Below, piece by piece: positions 39,708 through 49,800 of a stretch of DNA of 64,000 nucleotides (positions within the stretch are counted from its first letter, which is position 1; each line of letters starts with the position of its first letter). Below the pieces are notes generated by a model. It did not search any database, was not told the origin of the DNA, and saw only the letters and a program-made list of their open reading frames with translations. Source of the DNA: an uncultured Leptospirales bacterium (GTDB taxonomy: Bacteria > Spirochaetota > UBA4802 > UBA5550). The DNA lies in assembly GCA_964645775.1 (NCBI GenBank), contig CAZYBU010000001.1, positions 115,639-179,638 of the forward strand. Direction: 5' to 3'. The translations under genes were made by a program, and so were the position numbers.

Positions 39708-40010
39708 GTGGTTACACATGTAATGGATGGAATTATTCGTATTTTTGGAAGGGCGATGAAAAATTTTCGACTAGGGAGGGATAAACGAAAAGAGGTTCTG
39801 AAAAGACTTTATCGGACGGTTCTGGCCACTGAAATTACTCGGAACCCGAAGGCGGAATTTTCCGCATTTGTTCGAAATGAACCCCCAACAGCTGCACTTT
39901 ATGGTGGTCGCACAGTTTTTGATGATTCACAAAGGATAAGCAACTTACTTTATTTGACCGATAACTATCCTAACATAATATTCATATGCACTCTTTTTGA
40001 AAAAGGTTGA
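39708..40010 (+). CDS. hypothetical small protein (doubtful)
   Basis: 100-aa ORF in the low-GC islet. Contains motif copy 3 near its 3' end. No motif support. Confidence 0.25.
   Translation: MVTHVMDGIIRIFGRAMKNFRLGRDKRKEVLKRLYRTVLATEITRNPKAEFSAFVRNEPPTAALYGGRTVFDDSQRISNLLYLTDNYPNIIFICTLFEKG
39957..39970 (-). repeat. GATAGTTATCGGT motif copy 3
   Basis: Plus-strand accgataactatcc, about 70 nt upstream of the lipid-kinase gene. Confidence 0.55.
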
Positions 40011-40041
40011 CCCCCTTCTTAAGGGTGCTATGACTTGAAGC

Positions 40042-40986
40042 ATGGAAAAGATCCGTGAAAACCGGCAAATCGGTATCATCCTTAACCCCAGGGCGAGGAA
40101 AGTTAAAAGGAACCCTGAAAAGATGAAGAACCGGTTTGAGAAAATTGTTGGCACTTATGGTGAGGTAAACCTGACCTTTAATGATATCGACCTTGAAAAG
40201 ACTCTGAATCATTATAAAGACAGTAATTACAGATTTCTGGGCATTACAGGAGGGGACGGCACTCTTCACCACGTCATTTCCATGATTAAAAACCGGTTTT
40301 CAGACTATGATCCCTGTATTCTCGTTCTCAAAGGCGGGACCATGGATAATGTTGGACGATCCAAAGGGATCCAGGGGTCTGACACTGCAATTCTGAGTCG
40401 GTTTATAAAGATTGTGCTTAACGATTTTCCACTGACAGTTCGCGAGCAATCCCTTATAAGGGTTGGTGATAATTATGGTTTTATTGTTGGGGCAGGATTC
40501 ATAACTTCCTTCTTAAAAAAGGCCTATGAAAAGAGAAAGGGATATTTCCAGAATGTGGTAGCGGGTGTGGATACTGTTGCGGATGCTTACCGGGACAAAA
40601 AATCTCGACGTTACTTTCGAGCCCTGAGAGGTGATTTTTACGTAGATGGGGAAAGGCTCCCCTTTCAAAAGGCCCACGGGATTATCTGTGCTACTGTTTC
40701 TTCACTGGCACACGGAGTTCACCCTATGTATCGGGCAAAAGGTCGTGAAGATATTTGTCATTGCATAATCAATGGTCGATCTGCACCATGGCTGGTTTCA
40801 CATGCTCTCCTTATGCTCTCAGGTAGACCGATAAAATCGCAAAAGAAGCATTTTGATGGTGTTATTGAAAGATTTGAAATTAGCTTACCAGGTCCTTTTG
40901 ACTACACTATAGATGGTGACATCTACACTTCATCCGGAAACCTTGTCGTTGAAAAAGCAGGAAAGGTGAAAATTGTCATACTATAG
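40042..40986 (+). CDS. DAGK_cat-type lipid kinase (YegS/BmrU-like)
   Basis: 314 aa. Nucleotide-binding motif GITGGDGTLHHV. N-terminal IGIILNPRARK. Confidence 0.72.
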   Translation: MEKIRENRQIGIILNPRARKVKRNPEKMKNRFEKIVGTYGEVNLTFNDIDLEKTLNHYKDSNYRFLGITGGDGTLHHVISMIKNRFSDYDPCILVLKGGTMDNVGRSKGIQGSDTAILSRFIKIVLNDFPLTVREQSLIRVGDNYGFIVGAGFITSFLKKAYEKRKGYFQNVVAGVDTVADAYRDKKSRRYFRALRGDFYVDGERLPFQKAHGIICATVSSLAHGVHPMYRAKGREDICHCIINGRSAPWLVSHALLMLSGRPIKSQKKHFDGVIERFEISLPGPFDYTIDGDIYTSSGNLVVEKAGKVKIVIL

Positions 40987-41194
40987 ATTCAGTAACCAGA
41001 GTTTTTCAAGGCAATGATACCGTATAGATGGAATATTCACATATCCTCCAATTATTTACCAGAAGCAAAAAGTTTGCGATACATAAAACCATCTCCTTTG
41101 CCGGAGGAGTGAGAGTCTTCCCTGTCCAGTTTTCCGCACTCGTCATTTTTGTCGCCTCACAAATGCATGAACCTGAAACTTTGCGAATATAATG

Positions 41195-41215
41195 GCGATA
41201 GTTATCGGTTCCATC
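41195..41215 (+). repeat. GATAGTTATCGGT motif copy 4
   Basis: gcgatagttatcggttccatc, 2 nt downstream of a TATAAT hexamer in the rpiB upstream region. Confidence 0.55.
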
Positions 41216-41414
41216 TATTTCAGAATTGTTGATGAGAAGGAGCTGGTGCAGCGATTCGGGGATGGATACAGAAGAAATCATGAAAAACACCCTTTTTTAT
41301 GCCATGAATTCGTAAGTGAAAACCGTTATTATCTAATCTCTACAGGGTTCTATACCCGATAAGTATGCAGGTACATTTTTTTGTTGTCAAATGAGAGAGG
41401 TACAGTAAAGATTT

Positions 41415-41888
41415 ATGTCACATTATGAAGGAGGGCACGGATTGAAAATTGCCATAGGTTCTGATCACGCGGGCTATTCTTTAAAAGAAGAGATCAAGAG
41501 ACATCTGGTCAGTCACGATATTATGGATATGGGAACTCATTCAACGGAATCCTGCGATTATCCCGACTTTATCGCGCCTGTGGGAGAAACGGTTCGTGAT
41601 GGTGATGCCGATCTGGGTATAGTTATCTGTGGTTCCGGCATAGGGGCATCACTTGTGGCTAACAAGGTCCACGGAATACGGGCCGCCCTCTGTTTTAACG
41701 GTTACATGGCCGAGATGTCCAGGAAGCATAATAACGCTAACGTTCTTGCCCTGGGGGCCCGTGTTATCGGCCTGGATATCGCCATAAACATTGTGGATAC
41801 GTGGCTTGCAACCGGATTCGAAGGCGGCAGGCACCAGAGAAGAGTTGATAAGATTCATGAAGTGGAAACGAGGCAGTGCCAGTACTGA
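41415..41888 (+). CDS. rpiB: ribose-5-phosphate isomerase B
   Basis: 157 aa. KIAIGSDHAGYSLKEEI...GIVICGSGIGASLVANKVHGIRAAL is typical RpiB/LacAB. Confidence 0.85.
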   Translation: MSHYEGGHGLKIAIGSDHAGYSLKEEIKRHLVSHDIMDMGTHSTESCDYPDFIAPVGETVRDGDADLGIVICGSGIGASLVANKVHGIRAALCFNGYMAEMSRKHNNANVLALGARVIGLDIAINIVDTWLATGFEGGRHQRRVDKIHEVETRQCQY

Positions 41889-43588
41889 GATACATTCCTG
41901 ATCGCCTTCTTCCCCTGGCGGTCTGTTTTATACTCCTTCCTCTTTCACAGGGGGTGGGTGATTCCGGATATCTTGTTGTCTTCCCCAAAATTTCCGGTGA
42001 CCATCTACAAAATGCCCGTGTGGTCGATATGCCGGATGGTTCAACAGGTTACACGGTACGCGATCTCTCTTACGGTAACAGAAAAGGAGAGATAAAACAG
42101 GAGCTGGTTCTCTCTTTCAATCGATCGCCCGACAAAATGGGAAGAGACGATACTCGAAGGTATGACATCCGGAAGGCTTCTTTCCAGCTGGAAAATAGTG
42201 AAGCCAGTTTCGGATCTTCCTCGGCTCTTTTTTACAAGAGTGAACACGGTATAGAGATAGCCACGGAGAGGAGTCAATGGCTTGGTAGTTGTGGAGATCT
42301 CGGTTCGTTTACCTTCGAGTTCCGATTGAGGCCCACGGCTTTGAAGGATGGGAGCGTCCTTTTTTCCAGGGTGGGACGGCTTTCCGGTTCACCTATCGGG
42401 TTTGAGGTCGTGATCCTGGGACGGAGGATTGTAAGCCGGTTCCACAATATGTTTCAGACTGAGAACGGTAACAGGGTGAACATCGCTCTTACCCGGGGAC
42501 CCCAACTTGAAAGAGACCGCTGGTATCATTACCTGGTAACCTTTGATCGTCAGAGTGGTCGGATGGTCAGTTATCTTAACAACAGGGAGAATGAGACACT
42601 CTATATTACGGAAACCGGAAGACCGGGTGAAGGAGTATACACGCCTCTCTTCACCGCTCCCGGTGAGAAGGAAGATACCTGTGTCGATATGCCAGAAGTG
42701 CGTATCGGTAACCGTTATGCAGGATACCTCGATGAAATTCGGTTGAGCAGGTATGACCGGGTGGAGCTCTCCCGCCGTAGTGATATTGCCTGGAAAAGAT
42801 ACAGGGATACCGAGAAAGCCGGTAGAAACCCTTATAATTATGAGGGTATTGTTACAAGCCCTGTGTACAGTTTTAAGGGCACAGGAACCAGAATTACTCA
42901 TTTCCAATGGAATGAGAAAAAGAAAGACCATACTTTTATATGGATGGAATTCCGTATAGCTGACAGGCGATTCACCCGCGATGACCGTGATCTTAAATGG
43001 TACCGTATTAAAAACGGGGAGAGGACAATTTACCTGAAAAAAACAACGGAAGACCTCTATCTGAGGGGAAAGTATTATCAGTGGAGGGCTCACCTGGTGC
43101 CCTCGCCGGACGGCAGCCACGCTCCCGTAATATATACTATTTCATTGAGATATCAGCCCGATCTAAAACCGAAACCGCCCATGTTTCTTGAGACAACTGT
43201 AACAGGCGACCGAAGCGTTACTCTTAAATGGCTGAAAAGCTACGAAGATGATATAGCAGGATACAGGATTTACTATGGAACCGCATCCGGCAAATATGAT
43301 GGTATCATTGAGAGAGTAAAGGGTAAGCCCATTACCAACGATTTTTCCAGCGGGGATTATATTGAGCTGACCATAACAAATGATCTGGTTGAAGAGAACA
43401 GGGAAGCGGATACAAGGGAATTGCTTGATTATCCCAGGATCAGGAACAGGGTTCTCTACTTCTTTGCTGTAAGTGCCTATGATACCTACAGGACAGGAAC
43501 TCCCTATAATCATGAATCCGACCTCTCTGAAGAGGTAACCGGTCGACCCCATCTCGGATCAGAGATTACTCCTTCAAAACCTCATTGA
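41876..43588 (+). CDS. secreted protein with LamG/ConA-like jelly-roll and C-terminal fibronectin type III domain
   Basis: 570 aa. Signal peptide. Region ...DRWYHYLVTFDRQSGRMVSYLNNRE... is LamG-like. ...DRSVTLKWLKSYEDDIAGYRIYYGTASG... is FN3. Confidence 0.6.
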   Translation: MPVLRYIPDRLLPLAVCFILLPLSQGVGDSGYLVVFPKISGDHLQNARVVDMPDGSTGYTVRDLSYGNRKGEIKQELVLSFNRSPDKMGRDDTRRYDIRKASFQLENSEASFGSSSALFYKSEHGIEIATERSQWLGSCGDLGSFTFEFRLRPTALKDGSVLFSRVGRLSGSPIGFEVVILGRRIVSRFHNMFQTENGNRVNIALTRGPQLERDRWYHYLVTFDRQSGRMVSYLNNRENETLYITETGRPGEGVYTPLFTAPGEKEDTCVDMPEVRIGNRYAGYLDEIRLSRYDRVELSRRSDIAWKRYRDTEKAGRNPYNYEGIVTSPVYSFKGTGTRITHFQWNEKKKDHTFIWMEFRIADRRFTRDDRDLKWYRIKNGERTIYLKKTTEDLYLRGKYYQWRAHLVPSPDGSHAPVIYTISLRYQPDLKPKPPMFLETTVTGDRSVTLKWLKSYEDDIAGYRIYYGTASGKYDGIIERVKGKPITNDFSSGDYIELTITNDLVEENREADTRELLDYPRIRNRVLYFFAVSAYDTYRTGTPYNHESDLSEEVTGRPHLGSEITPSKPH

Positions 43589-43624
43589 CACCTCCCATTC
43601 CTGTTTTTATCTGTCCTATCTATT

Positions 43625-45034
43625 ATGCAGACAACCTCCATGGAACGAAAAAAAATTGATATATCTTTACCTCCCGAGTTACGGAATGACATCGTGACTA
43701 TTCAGGAGACTCTCCGCCAGGCTGGTCATGAATGCTATCTGGTGGGGGGTTCTGTTCGTGATCTGATACTCGGGGACTTTATGGGAGACGTGGACTTTGC
43801 CACGAGCGCCCATCCGAAAATCGTCATGAGTCTCTTCAGCCGCGTGATACCCACCGGTATTCGCCATGGCACAGTCACAATCCTTATGGGAGACTGCACC
43901 TATGAAATAACCACCTACAGATCGGAGGGAACCTACGTCGATGGCCGCAGGCCTGAAAAGGTCTATTTTTCTGAAACACTGGAAGAGGATGTTATCCGAA
44001 GGGATTTTACGATCAATGGACTCGCTTATGATATTGAAAGCGGAGAGGTGATCGATTATATTGGAGGTCTCCGTGACCTGGATGATGGCGTTATCCGTAC
44101 CATAGGCGATCCCATGAAACGCTTCACCGAAGATGGTCTTCGGCCTATACGGGCGTGCCGGTTCTCCGCTCGTCTCGGTTTTACAATAGATGAAGATACC
44201 TTTCAGACCATACCTCGGACCCTTGATGTCACAAGGCGGGTCTCTGTTGAACGGATACGTGATGAATTCATGAAACTTCTGAGAAGTGACCGGCCTTCCG
44301 TGGGGATTGAAAATCTTCGTGTCTCGGGCCTGTTAGATATTTTTATGCCGGAACTGGTACAAACGTACGGAGTGGAGCAGAACCGTTTCCATATTTTTGA
44401 TGTATATCATCACAGTATTCACGCCTGTGACGCGGCTCCGGCCGAATATCCTCTTATCCGAATGGCAGCCCTGCTTCACGATATCGGCAAGGTTCCGACC
44501 CGGCAAATGGGAGAAGATGGCGATTACACCTTCTATAATCATGAGGTTGTGGGAGCCAGGATGGTAAAGCGTATCATGAAGCGGATGAAGTTTTCGAATG
44601 AAGATATTAACCGGGTTAATAATCTTGTTCTGAACCACATGTTCCACTATAAGGACGAATGGACGGATGGAGCGGTTAGAAGGTTTTTGAGAAAGGTGGG
44701 AGTAGAGAATGTCGATGAACTCTTCTCCCTTCGTATCGCTGACCGCACGGGTAACGGTTCCCGTGAAGGTATGCCTGTTCCCATGAAGAAGCTTCGGAAA
44801 CGAATCGAAAGAATTATTGAGGAAGAAAACGCCATTACCGTACGGGACCTGGAGATTGACGGCAATACCGTTATGAAAGAATGTAATCTTTCTCCAGGGC
44901 CCATGGTCGGAAGGGTCCTGCATGAACTACTGGAGTTGGTGCTGGATGATCCTGCCATTAACGAAAATGAAAAACTGGTCCTCCTGGCCAGGGAAATCTG
45001 TACACGTTTGAAGGAAGAACGTGGTGAATCCTGA
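43625..45034 (+). CDS. cca: CCA-adding tRNA nucleotidyltransferase / polyA polymerase family with HD domain
   Basis: 469 aa. Pol-beta NTase motif GGSVRDLILG...DVDFAT. HD motif in C-terminal half (HDIGK). Confidence 0.82.
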   Translation: MQTTSMERKKIDISLPPELRNDIVTIQETLRQAGHECYLVGGSVRDLILGDFMGDVDFATSAHPKIVMSLFSRVIPTGIRHGTVTILMGDCTYEITTYRSEGTYVDGRRPEKVYFSETLEEDVIRRDFTINGLAYDIESGEVIDYIGGLRDLDDGVIRTIGDPMKRFTEDGLRPIRACRFSARLGFTIDEDTFQTIPRTLDVTRRVSVERIRDEFMKLLRSDRPSVGIENLRVSGLLDIFMPELVQTYGVEQNRFHIFDVYHHSIHACDAAPAEYPLIRMAALLHDIGKVPTRQMGEDGDYTFYNHEVVGARMVKRIMKRMKFSNEDINRVNNLVLNHMFHYKDEWTDGAVRRFLRKVGVENVDELFSLRIADRTGNGSREGMPVPMKKLRKRIERIIEEENAITVRDLEIDGNTVMKECNLSPGPMVGRVLHELLELVLDDPAINENEKLVLLAREICTRLKEERGES

Positions 45035-45578
45035 ACGAGTTTTCTGCTTTATTGCTCTCCTCCTTCTGGTCTTTGCAGGTTGTTCGGACGAAGGCGATTC
45101 AGCTTCTTCCACGGATAACATCGGAAACAAAACATTTCTTCAGGAGAAAAGTGAAGATCTCCAGCATGAGAGCAGGGAAAAGCAGGCGGGAGAACCTGTT
45201 ACAGCTGAATCTATCCATGGAAGATGGAAACTGCATTATCGGGGAAACTATGGATATGATTTCTACTTCGGTCAGGGGTATAATGCCCGTATAATTATCA
45301 GTCTTAACACACAATACCTTGTCTTTCATGGTGTCTATACCGTTAAGGATGGCGTGGTCACAATAAATATTTTCAAGATGAAATCAGAGACTGATCGCAA
45401 CAGGGTCTACGCAAAGAAGGACTTTATAAAGGTTAAGTCCTCAAAATTTGAATTTAACGGTACAAGGGTGAAAAGTAATGGCCGATCCATGCTGTACCTG
45501 AAACCGGGAGTGATAACCATAGATGGCCACGATTCACGGGGATATTTTGAACCTCTTCTAAAACTCAGGAAGATTTGA
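45021..45578 (+). CDS. lipoprotein, unknown function
   Basis: 185 aa. Signal peptide with lipobox LLVFAGC. Confidence 0.5.
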   Translation: MVNPERVFCFIALLLLVFAGCSDEGDSASSTDNIGNKTFLQEKSEDLQHESREKQAGEPVTAESIHGRWKLHYRGNYGYDFYFGQGYNARIIISLNTQYLVFHGVYTVKDGVVTINIFKMKSETDRNRVYAKKDFIKVKSSKFEFNGTRVKSNGRSMLYLKPGVITIDGHDSRGYFEPLLKLRKI

Positions 45579-45579
45579 A

Positions 45580-46326
45580 ATGGTACATGTCGTGATCCCC
45601 ACAACTGATGGCTACGAACTCGATGGTACTCTCTACGGAGATACAGGAGGAGAGACACCGGCCATTGTCTACTGTCATGGTATGCTCTCGAGCAAAGATG
45701 GATATAAGGTTCGTCATCTCGGTCCCTTTCTGGCCGACAAAGGGTATCCTCTTCTCGCCTTTACCTTTTCAGGCGCTACCCCATCCGGGAATATCTTTCA
45801 TCATCTTTCGATCCTGAATGAAGTGAAGGAACTGGCCAGTGTTGCAGGATGGATGCGTTCCAGAGGCTATGATAAAATTCATCTTGTGGGATCCAGTCTC
45901 GGAGGTCTGATTGTTCTTATTTACGCTTCCGGATGGGATCCCGCTCTCTGCGCTCTTACAACCGTGGCTACACCTGTTGACCTCAAGGAAGCCTTTACGG
46001 CCTGGAAGGTTCCACCTGCAGATGAGCTTGACCCGGAGAGTTTTACGAACATAGAGGGGACATCTATCACAAACCGATTTTTCCTGGAAGGATATGAGCT
46101 TGATGTTTCCTCTTACCTGAAACGCATTGATCTTCCACTTCAGGTAATACACGGATCTGAAGATGAGACCGTCCCCTTCATCAACGCCTCCCGTTTGATC
46201 TCTATGGTACCCGATGAGGCGAAACAGGTTACTCTTGATGGAGGTGACCATTCACTGACTCGGAGTGAATGGCTGAACATGATACAGGAAAGGATATTTG
46301 AATGGACTTCCTTCTGCAAAAGCTGA
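45580..46326 (+). CDS. alpha/beta hydrolase (dienelactone-hydrolase/esterase-like)
   Basis: 248 aa. GxSxG elbow HLVGSSLGG. Probable catalytic Asp and His downstream (IHGSEDE..., GGDHS). Confidence 0.72.
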   Translation: MVHVVIPTTDGYELDGTLYGDTGGETPAIVYCHGMLSSKDGYKVRHLGPFLADKGYPLLAFTFSGATPSGNIFHHLSILNEVKELASVAGWMRSRGYDKIHLVGSSLGGLIVLIYASGWDPALCALTTVATPVDLKEAFTAWKVPPADELDPESFTNIEGTSITNRFFLEGYELDVSSYLKRIDLPLQVIHGSEDETVPFINASRLISMVPDEAKQVTLDGGDHSLTRSEWLNMIQERIFEWTSFCKS

Positions 46327-46727
46327 ACTACGCGGGAATCTATGCCGCCCTTGCCGGTCTCTATCTTTTGGGAACCGGAATAATGGAAATTACTCGTCCT
46401 CTCACGGTTTCGGGTCTCTGGGAAAGGTTTATCCAATCACGGCTGTTTCCCGCTTACGGGGTTCTGCTTACACTTCTGGCTCTACCGTTGACCCTTTACA
46501 GGGGATATTTTTCCTGGTTTATTCTTATCATGGGAGCGCTTGCCGCCATTACCGGTCCTGTTATACTTCTTTTCCCCGGCTTTATTCAGAAGAACATGAT
46601 GGCTATGACTCGAAACGAGGAAGGAGAGGATCTGCTTCCGGGAGTCGTACGCATGGACGGTATTCTTCGTATCGTTCTGGGACTCATCTTCCTTACGGGA
46701 GTAAGCCTGACACTTTCACTTTCCTGA
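46302..46727 (+). CDS. small membrane protein (4 TM)
   Basis: 141 aa, hydrophobic. Overlaps the previous gene end by 25 nt. Confidence 0.45.
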   Translation: MDFLLQKLNYAGIYAALAGLYLLGTGIMEITRPLTVSGLWERFIQSRLFPAYGVLLTLLALPLTLYRGYFSWFILIMGALAAITGPVILLFPGFIQKNMMAMTRNEEGEDLLPGVVRMDGILRIVLGLIFLTGVSLTLSLS

Positions 46728-46821
46728 GAATCCAAAAATATTTGACACCTCTCTTCCCGATCCTTCATGATAGACTTAGGCTAAGCCTGCCCGCTAAAAC
46801 GCGTTAAACCCTGGAGAACCG

Positions 46822-49800
46822 ATGAATTATATCAATGTCAGTCACAGCCGCAGATACAGCGGAACGATTAGCGGTAGATCAAGTGAAATCCAAGATAGAT
46901 TTCCCGCCTCAAACATCCTTGAAGAGGATGGATTCTGGTCCACCCAGGTCCGGGAATCACCGATCTCCGAATATGTCATAATTGATTATGGAGAGGATGT
47001 GTTCATCGATTATGTAGAGATACATCCTGTAACCGAACAGCCTTCTGGTTTCCCTTCGTATTTCCATTTGGAGTGCAGTGATGACACTTCCGTCTGGAGG
47101 ATACTGCTCACCGAGAAAGAGTATAATACCGATGGGACCCCATACCGAGTAGATCTGCCCCTTACGCGTACGAGGTACGTTAAATTTGCAGCACCTCGTT
47201 CATGTGAAATGGAAAAAAAATTTCAGATCCGGGTAGCCCGTATCGAGGCCGGAATCTCCGGAATACTGGAACTGGATGCCACGAGCAGCGAGCAGGAACA
47301 TGATGTTAAGAACCTCCTTTCCGATAACAACCGGGAGACGTGGCTTTCAAGTCCAAAAAGCAATCCCTCACGGGAGACTCTGAACATAGACCTGGGAGAC
47401 GTTTACGGAGTAAACCGGATTATCCTGGAATCATCCCTGAAGGGTTTCCCCGCCAATATCACCATCGAAACAAGCGCGGGTGAAGATGTCTGGACAATTC
47501 TCCATGATGAGAAAGGATTCCTGGCTGAATCTTTCAAAAAGTATTACTGGGAAGAGGGTGTTATCCAGGCCCGTTTTATCCGCGTGGAAATGTCCACTAC
47601 GCCCTTCTTCGAGAACCGGCATCAGGTTCAGCTCGCCTCCCTCGAGATCTGTGCCGCTCACCTGGAAGAAAACCATTCACATAATATTGGAGAGCTTACA
47701 ACGCACGCTTCAGTCTTTATGCCAGGAATGGTAAGACTCGCTCGTGATGGTGAAGAAACAATGGGGACAGCCGTTCAGGCCAATGACCGTCGTCTTAGGG
47801 ACGCTACGGAACTTTTCAAGGGGATTGTTCGTTTCGCTGAAGAAGGCGAGTCTGAACCGCTCGTAGCTCTCCAGTCGTCAGATCCGAGGGTACAGCCGGC
47901 CACAGGGGAACAATACGGCATAGTGCGTCTGGCTTTTGACAGGGAGACCAAACCGGGTAGTGTGATCCAGGGAAGTGATTCGCGGCTTCAGCACGCTACA
48001 CCGGATAATTTTGGTATTGTCCGAATTTGTCCCAATGGCGAATACATGGAAAGTGGAGTCATTACCGGTAATGACTGCCGTCTTCAGAAGGCAACGACAG
48101 ACGAGCCAGGAATAAGCCGTATTGCCAAAAATGGAGAGTCTTCCCATGATGCCGTTGTTAGCTCCACGGACAGAAGACTTTCTCACGCGGGGACCACATC
48201 TTATGGAATTGTTATACTTGCGGGAGACGGGGAGGAGAACGAGGGAAAGGTTATTCAGGCTAATGATCGTCGATTAAAAGATGCAACAACCCTGGCGCCC
48301 GGTATTGTTGAGCTTGCGGAGGACGGGGAGGAGAGCCCGGGAACCGTTGTTCAGGGTAATGACCGCCGTCTTCGGGACGCCACCACGGAATCAAAGGGGA
48401 TCGTTGAGCTTGCGGAGGACGGGGAGGAGAAGAACGGAACCGCTGTCCAGGGTAATGACCGCCGTCTTCGGAACGCCACCACGGAATCAAAGGGGATTGT
48501 GGAACTGGCAGAGAACGGAGAGAAGAATCCGGGGGTTGCCGTTCAGGGTAACGATCGCCGGCTGGAAGATGCTACCATAATTTCTACCGGCATTGTTCGT
48601 CTGGCTTCGGATGGAGAAGAGGCTGAAGGTTCCGCTGTTCAGGGCAATGACCGTCGACTTCGGGAGGCAACGACAATTTCTACCGGCATTGTTCGTCTGG
48701 CTTCGGATGGAGAAGAGGCTGAAGGTTCCGCTGTTCAGGGCAATGACCGTCGTCTTCGGGACGCTACCACGGAATCGAAGGGCATTGTAGAGCTGGCCGG
48801 GGATGGGGAGGATAAGCCGGGTACCGCTGTACAGGGTAACGACCATCGTCTCAAGGAAGCGACGACAGTCTCTACAGGTATTGTTCGTCTGGCCCTGAAC
48901 GGTGAGGAGACGGAAGGGGCGGCTGTTCAGGGTAACGACAGTCGTCTTCGGGACGCCACCACGGAATCGAAGGGCATTGTAGAGCTGGCCGGGGATGGAG
49001 AGGATAAACCGGGTACCGCTGTCCAGGGCAGCGATCGTCGTCTCCGTGACTCCAGCACGACATCAAAAGGTATAGTAGAGCTGGCGGAGGATGGGGAAAG
49101 CGTCCCTGGAGTCGTTGTTCAGGGTAATGATTCCAGACTACGGATAGGAACAGAAGAATATCCCGGGATTCTGCGTGTCGCTCCTGCCGGGGTCTCCCGG
49201 GAAGGACTTGTGGTGCAATCCAATGATCCACGGCTTGTGGACTCGAGAGAACCCCTTCCCCATGAACATGAGTACGCTCCTCTGCATCATCGACTGGAAG
49301 ATCATGAGGGTATCCTGGCGGTGGATGACAGCAGGGCCATGAAATTTATGGATGTTAATCCTCCTTTGTCCGATTCATCCGTGATTTACGGTAAAAACAA
49401 ATCGGAGGGAACGGGAGCTATCGGTATAACCGGAACGGTTCGTCCCGGGAATGGCAAGAAATCTACCGCTTACGGGGTAGTGGGCGATAGTTTGCATATC
49501 GGGGTCCGCGGACAGGCAACAGGAGATTCCGATTCCCGGGGATGCGGAGTGGCCGGCCTCGCCAGGAGTGGTCATGGAGGAGCTTTCCTGAGCGAGCATG
49601 GGTATTCACTCATGGTCGATGGATATGGCCGGGAAACAAACAGTCTGGATGAAACAATTAATCTTAAAGGGGATGGGAAAGCCCTTTATGTGGATGGTGC
49701 GTCATTTTTTAAAGGTCAGGCTACTTTTCAGTTCAGCAGGGATGAAGCGACCGGAAACCTGGTAGAGTTCTTTGAGGTGGATGACGAAGAGTATATTTCC

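Noticed and set aside
41006-41290. 94-aa minus-strand ORF in the 430-bp gap before rpiB
   Set aside because: Composition is atypical. It overlaps motif copy 4 and the probable rpiB promoter. More likely non-coding regulatory DNA.
47725-49260. Possible CRISPR array (regular repeats)
   Set aside because: The 96-bp units are contiguous with no spacers, are in frame, and translate to a conserved 32-aa protein repeat. No cas genes are present. This is a coding tandem repeat, not a CRISPR.
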